A stretch of 32,000 nucleotides of DNA from Cereibacter sphaeroides 2.4.1 (lineage in GTDB: Bacteria > Pseudomonadota > Alphaproteobacteria > Rhodobacterales > Rhodobacteraceae): NCBI RefSeq assembly GCF_000012905.2, contig NC_007493.2, positions 2,970,001 through 3,002,000 on the forward strand. Direction: 5' to 3'. Positions 1 through 11,098 of the stretch are shown piece after piece. The stretch's first letter is position 1. Every line of letters starts with the position of its first letter. A program made the translations under genes and the position numbers. The notes under the pieces were generated by a model. The model saw nothing but the letters and a program-made list of their open reading frames with translations. It ran no database searches and was not told the origin of the DNA.

Positions 1-87
1 CGCCGGCAGCGCCATGGCACCGAGCCCCGCGGCTGCACTCCACAGCAGCGTGCGACGGTCGAGCCTATTCGATTGATCCGCACCCAT
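1..87 (-). CDS. 5' end (29 codons) of an exported protein with a twin-arginine (Tat) signal peptide; the rest of the gene lies left of the window
   Basis: The minus-strand ATG at 87..85 is preceded by GGAGA 8 nt upstream. Translation is MGADQSNRLDRRTLLWSAAAGLGAMALPA, which has an RRTLL twin-arginine motif followed by a hydrophobic h-region. The ORF is too short in this window to appear in the ORF track. Confidence 0.45.
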   Translation of the reverse strand, partial: MGADQSNRLDRRTLLWSAAAGLGAMALPA

Positions 88-264
88 TCCGCTCGTCTCC
101 TTGATCTTGGTCCCGGACTTCGGACCGAAGCATCCTATCTCTCGCCGCGAGTGGCGACAATTCACGCCCGCGTCAACGTCGAACTGCGCCCTTGAGTTGC
201 ATTTGAACAGCCTGCGGCCTTTCTGTTATGAGGGCCCCCAGCAATCCTTGTGGGTGGAAGACAC

Positions 265-804
265 ATGAAGACTATCTCCGCGTTCGCCCTCTGTGGCGCC
301 CTGGTCCTTTCGGCCTGCGCCTCGACGACGCCGATGGCGCTGGGGCCCGACGGAAAGCCGCTGCCGCAGGTCTACAAGATCACGTCCGCTCAGGAGGGTG
401 AAGTCACCTACCGGCTGCTGGATTCGGTCAATGCGCTGCGCCAGGCGAAGGGGGCGGCTCCGCTCCAGCTCAACTCGCAGCTCACCGCCGCCGCGGCCAC
501 CCACTCGCGCGACATGTCGGTGCAGAACCGCCCCTGGCACTTCGGGTCGGACGGCTCCTCGCCTCTTCTGCGGGTGCAGCGCGCGGGCTATCAGGGCAAG
601 CTGAAGGGTGAGCTGATCTCGGAAACCTACCAGACCGAGCTCGAGACGCTGGCCGTCTGGATGGAGCAGAAGGACACGCGCGAGATCGTGCTGGATCCGA
701 CCGCGACCGACCTCGGCTTCGCCTGGTATCAGGAGCCGCAGGGCAAGATCTGGTGGACCGTCGTGACGGGCAGTTCCGCGCCCATGGCGGTGGCGGGTCT
801 CTGA
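265..804 (+). CDS. CAP/SCP (PR-1, YkwD-like) domain lipoprotein
   Basis: ORF 250..804. The internal ATG at 265 gives MKTISAFALCGALVLSAC, a signal peptide plus lipobox (LSAC). The CAP-like core includes NALRQAKGAAPLQLNSQLTAAAATHSRDM and GFAWYQ. Confidence 0.75.
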   Translation: MKTISAFALCGALVLSACASTTPMALGPDGKPLPQVYKITSAQEGEVTYRLLDSVNALRQAKGAAPLQLNSQLTAAAATHSRDMSVQNRPWHFGSDGSSPLLRVQRAGYQGKLKGELISETYQTELETLAVWMEQKDTREIVLDPTATDLGFAWYQEPQGKIWWTVVTGSSAPMAVAGL

Positions 805-813
805 CCCGCATCT

Positions 814-846
814 GCCGCGCCCCCGGGTTCAATTCAGGGGCGCGGC
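814..846. terminator. GC-rich hairpin between convergent genes (possible bidirectional terminator)
   Basis: CCGCGCCCC (815..823) pairs perfectly with GGGGCGCGG (837..845), extended by G814-C846, with a 13-nt loop. It lies between the stop codons at 804 (+) and 854 (-). There is no clear U-tract. Confidence 0.4.
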
Positions 847-853
847 GGGCGCG

Positions 854-1348
854 TCAGGGAAGGATGTAGATCGGGGTGCCGAGCCGCACCATCGAATAGA
901 CTTCCTCGACCTCATCGTCGGTGATTGCGATGCAGCCGGCCGTCCAGTCGCGCCGGTTCGGCCCGTTATATTTGCCGCGACCGTGGATGAAGATGTCGCC
1001 CCCGGGCTTCTTGCCCTCGAGGAAGGCCATCTTCTGATCGAGGACGTTGGGATAGGAGATCCCGAGCGACAGGTGATAGGTCGAGCGCGGGTTCTGGCGA
1101 TCGATGAAATAGACGCCTTCCGGCGTGCGGCCATCGCCCTCGTACTGCTTGTGGCCGGTCGGCTTGAAGCCGAGGCCCACGTCATACTGACGCAGCACCT
1201 TGGAGCCGTTCAGCAGATACATCTTGCGGTCCGCCTTGTGCACCTGAACGCTGGTGACCGGCGGGCCATCGTATTTGCGGATCTTCGAGTCGCCGCAGCC
1301 GGCGAGCCCGAGTGCGAGAACGATCAGGGTTATCTTCAGAAATTTCAT
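854..1348 (-). CDS. L,D-transpeptidase (YkuD/ErfK family) lipoprotein
   Basis: ORF 854..1354, whose first codon is GTG; the ATG at 1348 gives MKFLKITLIVLALGLAGC with lipobox LAGC. The catalytic YkuD motif IHGRGKYNGPNRRDWTAGCIAI (His...Cys) is present. Confidence 0.85.
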   Translation of the reverse strand: MKFLKITLIVLALGLAGCGDSKIRKYDGPPVTSVQVHKADRKMYLLNGSKVLRQYDVGLGFKPTGHKQYEGDGRTPEGVYFIDRQNPRSTYHLSLGISYPNVLDQKMAFLEGKKPGGDIFIHGRGKYNGPNRRDWTAGCIAITDDEVEEVYSMVRLGTPIYILP

Positions 1349-1451
1349 GTTCACTGCCCGACATGTTTTTTATTCCGAGATACCGGGAATCGGCCCGTCT
1401 CGCCAGACAATCTTTGGTCAGCAGGGTTAATTCGGCGCGAACAGGCCCGGG

Positions 1452-2666
1452 TCAGACGGGGCGGCTGAAGCGCGCGGCAAGCTCGACATGCGACGACCAG
1501 CGGAACTGGTCGACGACCTGCACCCAGTCGAGCCGGTAGCCGCCGCGCACCAGGATCAGCGCGTCGCGGGCGAAGGTCACGGGGTTGCAGGAGACGAAGG
1601 CCACGACCGGCACCGCGGCGCGGGCGAGCGCCCGGGTCTGAGCCTCGGCTCCGGCGCGTGGCGGATCGATCACCACGGCCTCGGTCTTGCGGAGCTCGTC
1701 GGGCTCGAGCGGGCGGCGGAACAGGTCGCGCGTTTCCACCGTCACCCGCTTCAGCCCCGGCGCCTGCCGCCAGCCGCGGTCGAGCGCCGCCATCATCGCC
1801 GCATCGCCCTCGACGGCATGGACCTCGGCCCCGGCTGCGAGCGGCAGGCTGAAGGTGCCCGCACCGCCAAAAAGATCCGTCACCGTTCGCGCTTCGCCGA
1901 TGGCATCGCGCACGGCAGAAAGCAGCGCCGCCTCGCCCTCGGCCGTCGCCTGCAGGAAGGCGCTCGGCGGCGGAACCACACGCGCCGGCCCGAAGGCCTG
2001 CGCCGGGGGCACGCGGAGGGCAATGGTCTCGCCCTCCCACGTCAGCCGCGCGAGGGCCTGCGCCTCGGCCACCTGCGCGAGGGCCGCCCGCAGGCCCGCG
2101 TCGAGCGGCTTGCCGCCCGTCACCGCCACGTCGGGCCCGCCGAGGCTGCGCGTCACGGTGAGCGACAGCTCGCCCGAGCGCGAGCCGCCGGTCTTCACCA
2201 GCGCCTCGAGCGCGGGCATGGCCGCCATCAGGTCGGGATGCAGCAGCTTGCACTCGGGGATCGCGACGATCGTGCCCGACTGGCGGGCGTGGAAGCCCAC
2301 GAGCGCGCCGCCCTTGGTGCGCCGCGCCGAGAGGGTCGCGCGCCGGCGCGAGGCGGGCGGTGAGACGGCGAGGGGGCGGAACGGCGCCTCGATCCCCTGT
2401 CCGGCGAGGGCCGAGCGCACGACCTCCTGCTTCCAGTCGGCCACGAATCCGTCGGAGGCATGCTGCAGCAGACAGCCGCCGCAGCTGCGGGCATGGGGAC
2501 AGGGCGGGCGCACGCGGTCGGGCGAGGGCGTCACGATGCGCGGCGCGGCCATGCGGTCCTGCACCACCTCGCCCTCGACCGTCTCGCCCGGCAGCGCGCC
2601 GGACACGAAGACGCCCTGCCCGATGCCGTCGCCCAGATGGCCCAGCCTCTCGATGGTGACGATCAC
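1452..2666 (-). CDS. TRAM-domain, Fe-S, SAM-dependent RNA (uracil-5)-methyltransferase (RumA/RlmD-like)
   Basis: 404 aa. It has an N-terminal TRAM-like segment (ERLGHLGDGIG...GETVEGEVV) and a Cys cluster (CPHARSCGGCLLQH). Class I methyltransferase motifs follow (DLFGGAGTFSLPLA, VVIDPPRAGA, VSCNP). The GTG start overlaps the upstream ABC stop (GTGA). Confidence 0.85.
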   Translation of the reverse strand: MIVTIERLGHLGDGIGQGVFVSGALPGETVEGEVVQDRMAAPRIVTPSPDRVRPPCPHARSCGGCLLQHASDGFVADWKQEVVRSALAGQGIEAPFRPLAVSPPASRRRATLSARRTKGGALVGFHARQSGTIVAIPECKLLHPDLMAAMPALEALVKTGGSRSGELSLTVTRSLGGPDVAVTGGKPLDAGLRAALAQVAEAQALARLTWEGETIALRVPPAQAFGPARVVPPPSAFLQATAEGEAALLSAVRDAIGEARTVTDLFGGAGTFSLPLAAGAEVHAVEGDAAMMAALDRGWRQAPGLKRVTVETRDLFRRPLEPDELRKTEAVVIDPPRAGAEAQTRALARAAVPVVAFVSCNPVTFARDALILVRGGYRLDWVQVVDQFRWSSHVELAARFSRPV

Positions 2667-4503
2667 TCCGCGGCCTCTTCCTCGCAGTTCATGAAGCCGC
2701 CGCTTTGCCGGTTCCAGTAGCGCGCGTAAAGCCCGTTCCGCGCCAGCAGCTCTTCATGGGTGCCCTGCTCGGCCAGAAGACCCCGGTCGAGCACGAGGAT
2801 CCGGTCCATCTCGGCGATGGTGGACAGCCGGTGGGCGATGGCCAGCACGGTCTTGCCCTGCATCACCCGCGCCAGCGCCTCCTGAATCGAGGCCTCGACC
2901 TCGCTGTCGAGCGCCGAGGTGGCCTCGTCCAGCACGAGGATCGGCGCATCCTTCAGGAAGGCCCGCGCCAGGGCGATCCGCTGCCGCTGTCCGCCCGAGA
3001 GCTTCACCCCGCGCTCGCCCAGGAAGGCGTCGTAGCCGTGACGGCCGGAATGATCGGCCATGGCGGCAATGAACTCGTCGGCCTCGGCGGCGCGGGCGGC
3101 GGCGATCATCTCCGCCTCGGTCGCGTCCGGACGGCCGTACATGATGTTGTCGCGCGCCGAGCGGTTGAACATTGCCGTCTCCTGCGTGACCATCGCGATC
3201 TGGCGGCGCAGGCTCTCCTGCGTGACCGACCGCAGATCCTGCCCGTCGATCAGCACGCGCCCCACCTCGGGGTCGTAGAGCCTGAGGAGGAGCGAGACGA
3301 GCGTCGACTTTCCCGCCCCCGACGCGCCCACGATGCCCAGCTTCTCGCCCGGCCGCACCGTCAGGTCGAGCCCGTGAAGCCCGCCCGAGCCGCGCCCGTA
3401 GGCGAAGCTCACCCCGTCGAAGCGGATCTCGCCCTGCACGCGGGCGAGCGGCAGCGCCCCCGGCCGGTCCGGCAGCGCGTGCGGCACCGAGAGGGTGCGC
3501 ATCCCGTCCTCGACCTCGCCGATCGAGGTGTAGATCGATATGAGCGTGAAGCTCACCCAGCCCGACATCTGCGAGATCCGCATCGCGATGGCGCCGGCTG
3601 CGGCGATGGCCCCCGCGGTCGCCTCGCCCTGCTGCCACAGAAGGAGCGTGCCGCCGATCAGCAGCACCGGCAGCAGCCCCGAAAGCGTCATCAGGGCCGA
3701 GCGGAACCAGGTCGAGATCACGCCGAACTCGAGCGAGCGGTCGCGGAAGCTCTCCATCGCCCGCAGCGCCACCTGATCCTCGAAGGCGGCATGGGCGAAG
3801 AGTTTCACCGTCTTGATGTTGGTGATCGTGTCCACCACCTGCCCCGAGACCATGGCGCGGGCCGAGGCGCGGGCGGCGGAATTCTCGCGCACCTTGGGCA
3901 GGTAGTAGCGGATGAGCCCCAGATAGGCCACGAGCCACAGGCCCAGCGCCGCAGCCACCCGCCAGTCGACGGAGATCAGATAGAGCATCGAGGCCACGAC
4001 CGAGGCCAGGGCGAAGGCCACGGTGTTGATGATCTCGGTCACGGCATCGGTGACGGCGCGCGCCGCCTGCATCTGCTTCTGCGCGATGCGGCCCGCGAAG
4101 TCGTTGTCGAAGAAGGTCACCGCCTGCCCCAGCGTCCAGCGGTGCAGGCGGCTCAGCACCAGCGGCAGGACGTTCGGCCCGATCACGATGGAGTTCGAGG
4201 CCGAGGACAGGCCGAAGGAGACCGGCCTCAGGAACAGGTAGAAGACGAGGAAGAGGGCCAGAAGACCGAGATGCTCGGTGAAGAAGGAGGCGGGATCCGA
4301 GGAGACGGCCGCATCGATCACCCAGCCGATGATCATGGCCGAAACCACCTCGAACGTGCCCGCCAGCGCCGAGAGCGCCGCCGCGGCCGCCAGCATCGGC
4401 CACGAGCCGCGCAGGCACCAGCGCATGAAGGCGCCGAGCGTCTGCGGCGGGGGTCCGTCCGCCGGGCGGAAGGCATCGATCAGGTTTCCAAGCCGCATCA
4501 GTC

Positions 4504-4507
<4 letters not shown>
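2663..4507 (-). CDS. ABC exporter half-transporter (TMD-NBD fusion), 614 aa
   Basis: Six-helix-type N-terminal half. Motifs present: Walker A GASGAGKST, signature LSGGQRQRIALARA, Walker B ILVLDEATSALD, H-loop AIAHRLST. Its ATG overlaps the stop of the upstream paralogue (ATGA at 4504..4507). Confidence 0.9.
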
Positions 4508-6348
<1,841 letters not shown>

Positions 6349-6383
6349 CGGGGGCCTCGTTGGTGCCGCCAGAATATAGGTGT

Positions 6384-6401
6384 GTTTCCCCCGAAGGAAA
6401 C
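6384..6401 (-). terminator. Small stable hairpin in the 62-bp gap between cca and the ABC genes
   Basis: On the minus strand, GTTTCC-TTCGGG-GGAAAC forms a 6-bp stem with a UUCG-like loop just after the cca stop (6411). There is no proper U-tract, so it may be only an RNA stability or processing element. Confidence 0.3.
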
Positions 6402-6410
6402 GCGACACGT

Positions 6411-7553
6411 TCAGTCGAGCAGGGCGGCCCGGTCGAGGCGGAAGTCCGAGGCGATCCACCGCTCTTCGAGCGCGCGCAGGCGGGCGCCCAGCGCCGGACC
6501 CGCGAGCGCGGGCATCAGGTCGGCCGCAGCCACCGGGAAGCGCGCGGTGGCGCCGCGCTCCACCGCCGCTTCCCAGCCCGCCGGCGGAGGCGTCTCGGTC
6601 AGCGCCGCGCGGAGCAGCACCGCCCCGGCCCCCAGCCGGGCCCCCAGCCGGTAACCCTGCTCGGCAGGTGGCGCGCCGGCCAGCGCGGCCTCGCGCAGGC
6701 GCGCCAGCGCCGCGGCGTCCGCGCGCGACAGGCGCAGCCGGTCGGCCACCTCCGCGCCGCCGAGGCTCGCGAGCCGCAGAAGCCAGTCGGGCGCGCGCCC
6801 CTCCTCGAGATGGACCAGCACCGGCAGCGCCCGCGCCTCGGCGCCGGGCAGAACTACGGCCAGCACGCCCGCGCATTCCATGGACGCCACCGAGCGCGCG
6901 GGATCGTCGGCCGCCAGCAGCTTGCGCATCTCGGCGCCCACCCGCTCGCGCGAGAGCTGCGCCACGCCCTCGGCCCGCGCGGCACAGGCGGCGAGCCCCT
7001 CCGCGTCGAGCCCTTCGTCGGGCGCGCCGTAGATCGCATGAAAGCGGAAGAAGCGCAGGATGCGCAGGTAATCCTCCTCGATCCGCCGGATGGGATCGCC
7101 CACGAAGCGCACCCGTCGCGCGATCAGGTCGGGCAGCCCGCCCAGCGGGTCGATGACCGCGCCCGAGGCCTCGGCATAAAGCGCGTTCATCGTGAAGTCG
7201 CGCCGCGCCGCATCCTCGGCCACGTCGGTCGAGAAGGCCACCACGGCGTGGCGCCCGAAGGTCTCGACATCGCGGCGGAAGGTCGTGACCTCGTGCGGCA
7301 CGCCGCCCGCGATCACCGTCACGGTGCCATGATCGATGCCGGTGGGCACCACCTTGAATCCGGCCGCCGCGGCCAGAGCCGAGACCGCCGCGGGCACTGC
7401 ATCGGTCGCCAGATCGATGTCCGACACGGCCCGGCCCAGGAGTGCATTGCGCACGCAGCCGCCCACGAAGAGCGCGCGATGCCCCGCCTCGGTCAGCACG
7501 GCGCAGAGCCGCTGCGTCGTGGGCCGCACCAGCCAGTCGCCCGAGATCCTCAT
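6411..7553 (-). CDS. cca: CCA-adding tRNA nucleotidyltransferase / poly(A) polymerase family
   Basis: 380 aa. It carries the pol-beta nucleotidyltransferase head motif FVGGCVRNALLGRAVSDIDLAT, plus RRDFTMNALY. Its start overlaps the upstream Nudix stop by 4 nt. Confidence 0.85.
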   Translation of the reverse strand: MRISGDWLVRPTTQRLCAVLTEAGHRALFVGGCVRNALLGRAVSDIDLATDAVPAAVSALAAAAGFKVVPTGIDHGTVTVIAGGVPHEVTTFRRDVETFGRHAVVAFSTDVAEDAARRDFTMNALYAEASGAVIDPLGGLPDLIARRVRFVGDPIRRIEEDYLRILRFFRFHAIYGAPDEGLDAEGLAACAARAEGVAQLSRERVGAEMRKLLAADDPARSVASMECAGVLAVVLPGAEARALPVLVHLEEGRAPDWLLRLASLGGAEVADRLRLSRADAAALARLREAALAGAPPAEQGYRLGARLGAGAVLLRAALTETPPPAGWEAAVERGATARFPVAAADLMPALAGPALGARLRALEERWIASDFRLDRAALLD

Positions 7554-8137
7554 CCCTGCATCCTCCGCGCAAGACCGTGCAGGATGCGCGCCGTAGCCCC
7601 CCAGATGTAGTAGGGCCCATAGGGCACGACATAGTAGCGCCGCCAGCCGCCGCGCCAGAGCCGCTGCTCCACCCGGTAGCGGGAGAGATCGAGCAGGTGG
7701 GCGAGCGGCACGGTGAAGGCTTCCTCCACCTCGTCCTCCTGCGTCACCGGCACGAAGCGCCCGCGCACCTCGGCGAGGATGGGGATAACCGTGAAGCCCG
7801 TGACCGTCTCATGCGCAGGCAGGCGGCCGACGACCTCGACCATCTCGGCCGGAAGCCCGATCTCCTCGCGCGCCTCGCGCAGCGCGGCCTCCTCGGGGCT
7901 GGCATCCGTCGGGTCGATCTTGCCGCCCGGGAAGGCGATCTGTCCGGGATGATGCGCAAGATGCGAGGCCCGCTTGGTCAGGATGACCCGCGCCCCGCCC
8001 TCGCGCTGCCAGACCGGCACCAGCACCGCCGCCGCGCGCAGGCGGCGGTCGGGCGGCAGCACGATCTCGGGGTTCAGGTCATGGTCCGACGAGGCGGCGC
8101 CGCCGCTCTCCAGCGCGCGCCGCAGCGCCTCAGGCAT
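7550..8137 (-). CDS. nudL: Nudix hydrolase, CoA pyrophosphatase type
   Basis: 195 aa. ILTKRASHLAHHPGQIAFPGGKID matches the CoA-pyrophosphatase signature LLTxR[SA]..G...FPGG. It is followed by the Nudix box EEAALREAREEIGL. Confidence 0.75.
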   Translation of the reverse strand: MPEALRRALESGGAASSDHDLNPEIVLPPDRRLRAAAVLVPVWQREGGARVILTKRASHLAHHPGQIAFPGGKIDPTDASPEEAALREAREEIGLPAEMVEVVGRLPAHETVTGFTVIPILAEVRGRFVPVTQEDEVEEAFTVPLAHLLDLSRYRVEQRLWRGGWRRYYVVPYGPYYIWGATARILHGLARRMQG

Positions 8138-9119
8138 CGTCGCTCCGGGCGCCGGTGCCGAGCGTCGCCGGGTCGAACTCGTAATGCGCGCCGCAGAACT
8201 GGCAGTCGGCCGTGACGATCCCCTCGTCGGTCGTCATCTCGGCGATCTCCTCGGGCGCATAGATCGAGAGCGACTCGCGCACCCGATCGGGCGAGCAGGA
8301 GCAGCCGAAGCGCAGCGTCTGCGCCTCGAACACCCGCGGCGCCTCCTCGTGGAACAGCCGCACGAGCAGGTCGGGCGGCTGGACAGAGGGGCCCACCAGC
8401 TCCAGATCCTCGACCGTATCGAGGAGCAGATTGGCCCGCGTCCAGTTCTCGCCTTCGTCACCCTCGAGGAGATCGCCATGCTGCAAAAGCCCGCCTTCGC
8501 CCGAGCCGCCCTCGCCCGCCACACCCGGCGAGGCCTTGGGCATGTGCTGGAGCATCACGCCGCCGCCCCGCCAGTGCGTCGCGCCATTGGCGGTGGACTG
8601 GCCGAAGGACAGGGCGAACCGGGTGGGCAACTGCTCGGACTGCGCGAAGTAGGTTTCGGCGCAGGCGGTGAGCGAGCCTCCGGCAATCGGCGTGATGCCC
8701 TGATAGGGCACCATCCCCTGCCCCTGATCGATCAGGATGGCGAAATAGCCCTCGCCGATCTGATCGAAGGCCCGTGCGCCCGGCTGCAGATCCTCGGCCA
8801 CGAAGCTCGCATAGGCGCGGATCCTCGCGGGTTGCCCGTCCTCGGAAGGGCCGTAATAGTCGGTGGCGATCATCCGCACCGCACCGTTGCCGCGGATCTG
8901 CAGCGACAGCTTCCAGCGCAGCTTGATGGCCTGGCCGATCAGGGCGGTCAGAAGCGACGCCTCGGCCACCAGCGCCTCGATCTGCGGCGGGTAATCGTGC
9001 TTCGACAGCACCTCCTCGAGGACCCCGTCCAGCCGCACGACGCGGCCGCGGATGTCCGAGCGGTCAAGCTGGAAGGGCAGGACGGTATCGTCCCAGGCGA
9101 TCTGTGAACCGATGGTCAT
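8130..9119 (-). CDS. hslO: Redox-regulated chaperone Hsp33
   Basis: The track ORF 8130..9545 is over-extended. The ATG at 9119 (MTIGSQIAWDD...) has AAGGAA 5-6 nt upstream. The C-terminal zinc centre CSCS...CQFCG is typical of Hsp33. Length is 329 aa. Confidence 0.9.
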   Translation of the reverse strand: MTIGSQIAWDDTVLPFQLDRSDIRGRVVRLDGVLEEVLSKHDYPPQIEALVAEASLLTALIGQAIKLRWKLSLQIRGNGAVRMIATDYYGPSEDGQPARIRAYASFVAEDLQPGARAFDQIGEGYFAILIDQGQGMVPYQGITPIAGGSLTACAETYFAQSEQLPTRFALSFGQSTANGATHWRGGGVMLQHMPKASPGVAGEGGSGEGGLLQHGDLLEGDEGENWTRANLLLDTVEDLELVGPSVQPPDLLVRLFHEEAPRVFEAQTLRFGCSCSPDRVRESLSIYAPEEIAEMTTDEGIVTADCQFCGAHYEFDPATLGTGARSDDA

Positions 9120-9191
9120 GGGGTTTCCTTGAGGCATGAGCCTTGGCATACCGCCCCAATATAGGCGCGACAACCGGGGGACCAAGGGCAG

Positions 9192-9629
9192 ATGATCAGG
9201 CGATACGGCGACCCCGTGCGGGCGGATCGGCACTATCGGCGCAGGCCGGGGGTCTATGCGGTGCTCCTGAGCGGCGACGACATCCTCACAACCTTTCAGG
9301 AGACGCCGCTGCCCGAGTTCCAGCTTCCGGGTGGCGGGATCGATCCGGGCGAGCATCCGATGGCGGCCCTGCACCGCGAGGTGCGGGAGGAAACCGGCTG
9401 GCGCATCGGCGGCCTCCGTCGGATCGGCGCCTTCCGCCGCTTTACCTACATGCCGGAATACGATCTCTGGGCCGAGAAGCTCTGCACGGTCTATCTCGCG
9501 CGTCCGATCCGCCGCCTTGGCCCGCCCACCGAACCGGGCCATCACGCCGTCTGGCTGCCGGTCGAGGAGGCGCTTGTGCGGCTCGGCAATGCGGGCGACC
9601 GGGCGCTTCTGGCGGCAGCCCTGCGCTGA
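9192..9629 (+). CDS. Nudix hydrolase (substrate unknown)
   Basis: 145 aa. Nudix box GGGIDPGEHPMAALHREVREETGW. It is divergent from hslO. Confidence 0.8.
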   Translation: MIRRYGDPVRADRHYRRRPGVYAVLLSGDDILTTFQETPLPEFQLPGGGIDPGEHPMAALHREVREETGWRIGGLRRIGAFRRFTYMPEYDLWAEKLCTVYLARPIRRLGPPTEPGHHAVWLPVEEALVRLGNAGDRALLAAALR

Positions 9630-9656
9630 CGGCCTCGGGTCTCGGGCGCGCGCTCC

Positions 9657-10988
9657 TCACGGCCGGTAGTCGAAGAGCACGCCCGAGACATCGTCCCGGA
9701 AGTCTCCGCCGCCCATCCGCTCGTGGAGCGCCCAGACGAGAGCCTCCATCAGTTCCTCGGATCCGAGGCCCGCATGTTCGGCAAGCAGGCGCACCAGCCC
9801 TGCCTCTCCCAGCTCGTGCCCCGAGAGATCCGGGCATTCCGTCACCCCGTCCGACAGCAGAAAGAGCCGGTCGCCCGGCAGAAGCCGCGTCTCCGACCGC
9901 TCGAAGGTGGCGTCGGGGAGGAGACCCACGGGCAGTCCGCCCTGCCCCAGAAGCTCCACCCGCCCGCCGGCGCGCAGCACCACCGGATGCGGATGGCCCG
10001 CCTGCACCAGCGCCAGCGCCCCCGACCGCAGGTCGATCTCGGCATAGGCCATGGTGAAATACTGCTCCACCCCCAGATCCGCGATCATCATGCGGTTGAG
10101 GCGCGCGGCCAGGATCTCGGGCGGCCAGCTGTCATGCCCGGCGCACTGCCGGCAGGCGCCGTCCGACCGGGCCACCCCGCCGTCGGTCGAAAGGCCCGAC
10201 AGGAGCCCCGCCAGCCGCGCCGTCATCAGGGCCGAGGCGACGCCATGACCCGAGACGTCGATCGAATAGAGCGCGATCCGCCCCGTACCGAGATCGAGAG
10301 AGCCCGCAAGATCGCCGCCGACATGACCGGAGGGCCGCAGGAGCAGCGTGACGGTCGAGCGGCCGAACCGCCGGGACCTGTCCCGGGCGAAGGACTGCTG
10401 CAACCGCCGCGCCTCGATCAGATCGCGGTCGAGCGACTCGTAGATGGTGCGCAGCTCCGAAAAGGCGCGCTCCAGAAGCTGGTTCTTGTCGACGAGCTCG
10501 GCCTGCATCGACAGCACCCGCTCGCCGGCCCGCAGGCGCGCCCTGAGTTCGTCGGGCGCCGCGGGCTTCACCAGATAGTCGTCGGCGCCGCAATCGAGGC
10601 CGTCGACCACCTCGCCGGTGCCGGACCGGGAGGTGAGCAGGATGAAGTAGCAATAGGCCTCGCCCGGCAGCGCCCGGATCCGGCGGCAGAGCTCCAGCCC
10701 CGACATGCCGGGCATCATCCAGTCGCTCAGCACGATATCGACGTCGCCGCCTTGGCACAGGGCCAGCGCCTCCGAGGCCGTTGCGGCCTCGCTCACCCGG
10801 TAGCCCCACCGCGCAAGCGAAAGCGCGACGAGCCGCCGCTGCGCCCGGCTGTCGTCCACGATCAGGACATGCCGGACGGGCGCGGAAGCGCCGTGCGCAC
10901 CGGTTTCGGCCAACGGAAGGGATCGTGCATTCACTGGGGCATCTTCGGGATCGGCCTCGCGGCAAGTAGGGCCACGCTGACCCGGCAC
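9657..10988 (-). CDS. Response regulator with receiver domain fused to a PP2C (SpoIIE/RsbU-type) Ser/Thr phosphatase
   Basis: REC motifs: LIVDDS, acceptor Asp in VLSDWMMPGMSG, and LVKPAAP. A coiled linker follows, then PP2C metal-ligand motifs HVGGDL, IDVSGHGV, LLSDGV and RDDVSGVLF. The start is uncertain: GTG at 10988 or GTG at 10934, neither with a good RBS. Confidence 0.85.
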   Translation of the reverse strand: MPGQRGPTCREADPEDAPVNARSLPLAETGAHGASAPVRHVLIVDDSRAQRRLVALSLARWGYRVSEAATASEALALCQGGDVDIVLSDWMMPGMSGLELCRRIRALPGEAYCYFILLTSRSGTGEVVDGLDCGADDYLVKPAAPDELRARLRAGERVLSMQAELVDKNQLLERAFSELRTIYESLDRDLIEARRLQQSFARDRSRRFGRSTVTLLLRPSGHVGGDLAGSLDLGTGRIALYSIDVSGHGVASALMTARLAGLLSGLSTDGGVARSDGACRQCAGHDSWPPEILAARLNRMMIADLGVEQYFTMAYAEIDLRSGALALVQAGHPHPVVLRAGGRVELLGQGGLPVGLLPDATFERSETRLLPGDRLFLLSDGVTECPDLSGHELGEAGLVRLLAEHAGLGSEELMEALVWALHERMGGGDFRDDVSGVLFDYRP

Positions 10989-11098
10989 CGCTTAAGGCAG
11001 CGTGAAGGCTCAAATCATCCGAAACTGCCGGGATCATCCTCATCGGCCGTTAAGGCGGGCGCCCCAGTCTGGAGCGGCACATTCAACGAGCGGGCAGC

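Noticed and set aside
88-264. A 177-bp spacer between the Tat-signal gene and the CAP lipoprotein gene, examined for a riboswitch or sRNA. It contains competing small hairpins (GGTCC..GGACC, CTTCGG/CCGAAG) and weak TTGAAC-N18-TATGAG and TTGTCG-N17-TAGGAT promoter-like matches.
   Set aside because: I can recognise no known riboswitch core. The stems are 5-6 bp and the promoter matches are weak. This is not enough to call a feature without covariance-model searches.
1355-1451. A T6 run plus a CGAGA..CGGG..CCCG..TCTCG hairpin between the RNA methyltransferase and the L,D-transpeptidase gene, considered as an intrinsic terminator
   Set aside because: On the transcribed (minus) strand the hairpin is followed by an A-run, not a U-run. 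On the plus strand the U-run precedes the hairpin. Neither orientation fits an intrinsic terminator.
6349-7632. An N-terminal 428-aa extension of the ABC transporter ORF (track ORF 4504..7632, 1042 aa)
   Set aside because: The extension overlaps the cca gene out of frame and is Arg/Gly/Ala junk. The ATG at 6348 gives a 614-aa protein identical in length to its paralogue and has a GAGG RBS.
9120-9545. An upstream extension of hslO (track ORF 8130..9545, 471 aa)
   Set aside because: The extension runs antisense through the 9192..9629 Nudix gene. The ATG at 9119 has a good AAGGAA RBS and gives a typical 329-aa Hsp33.
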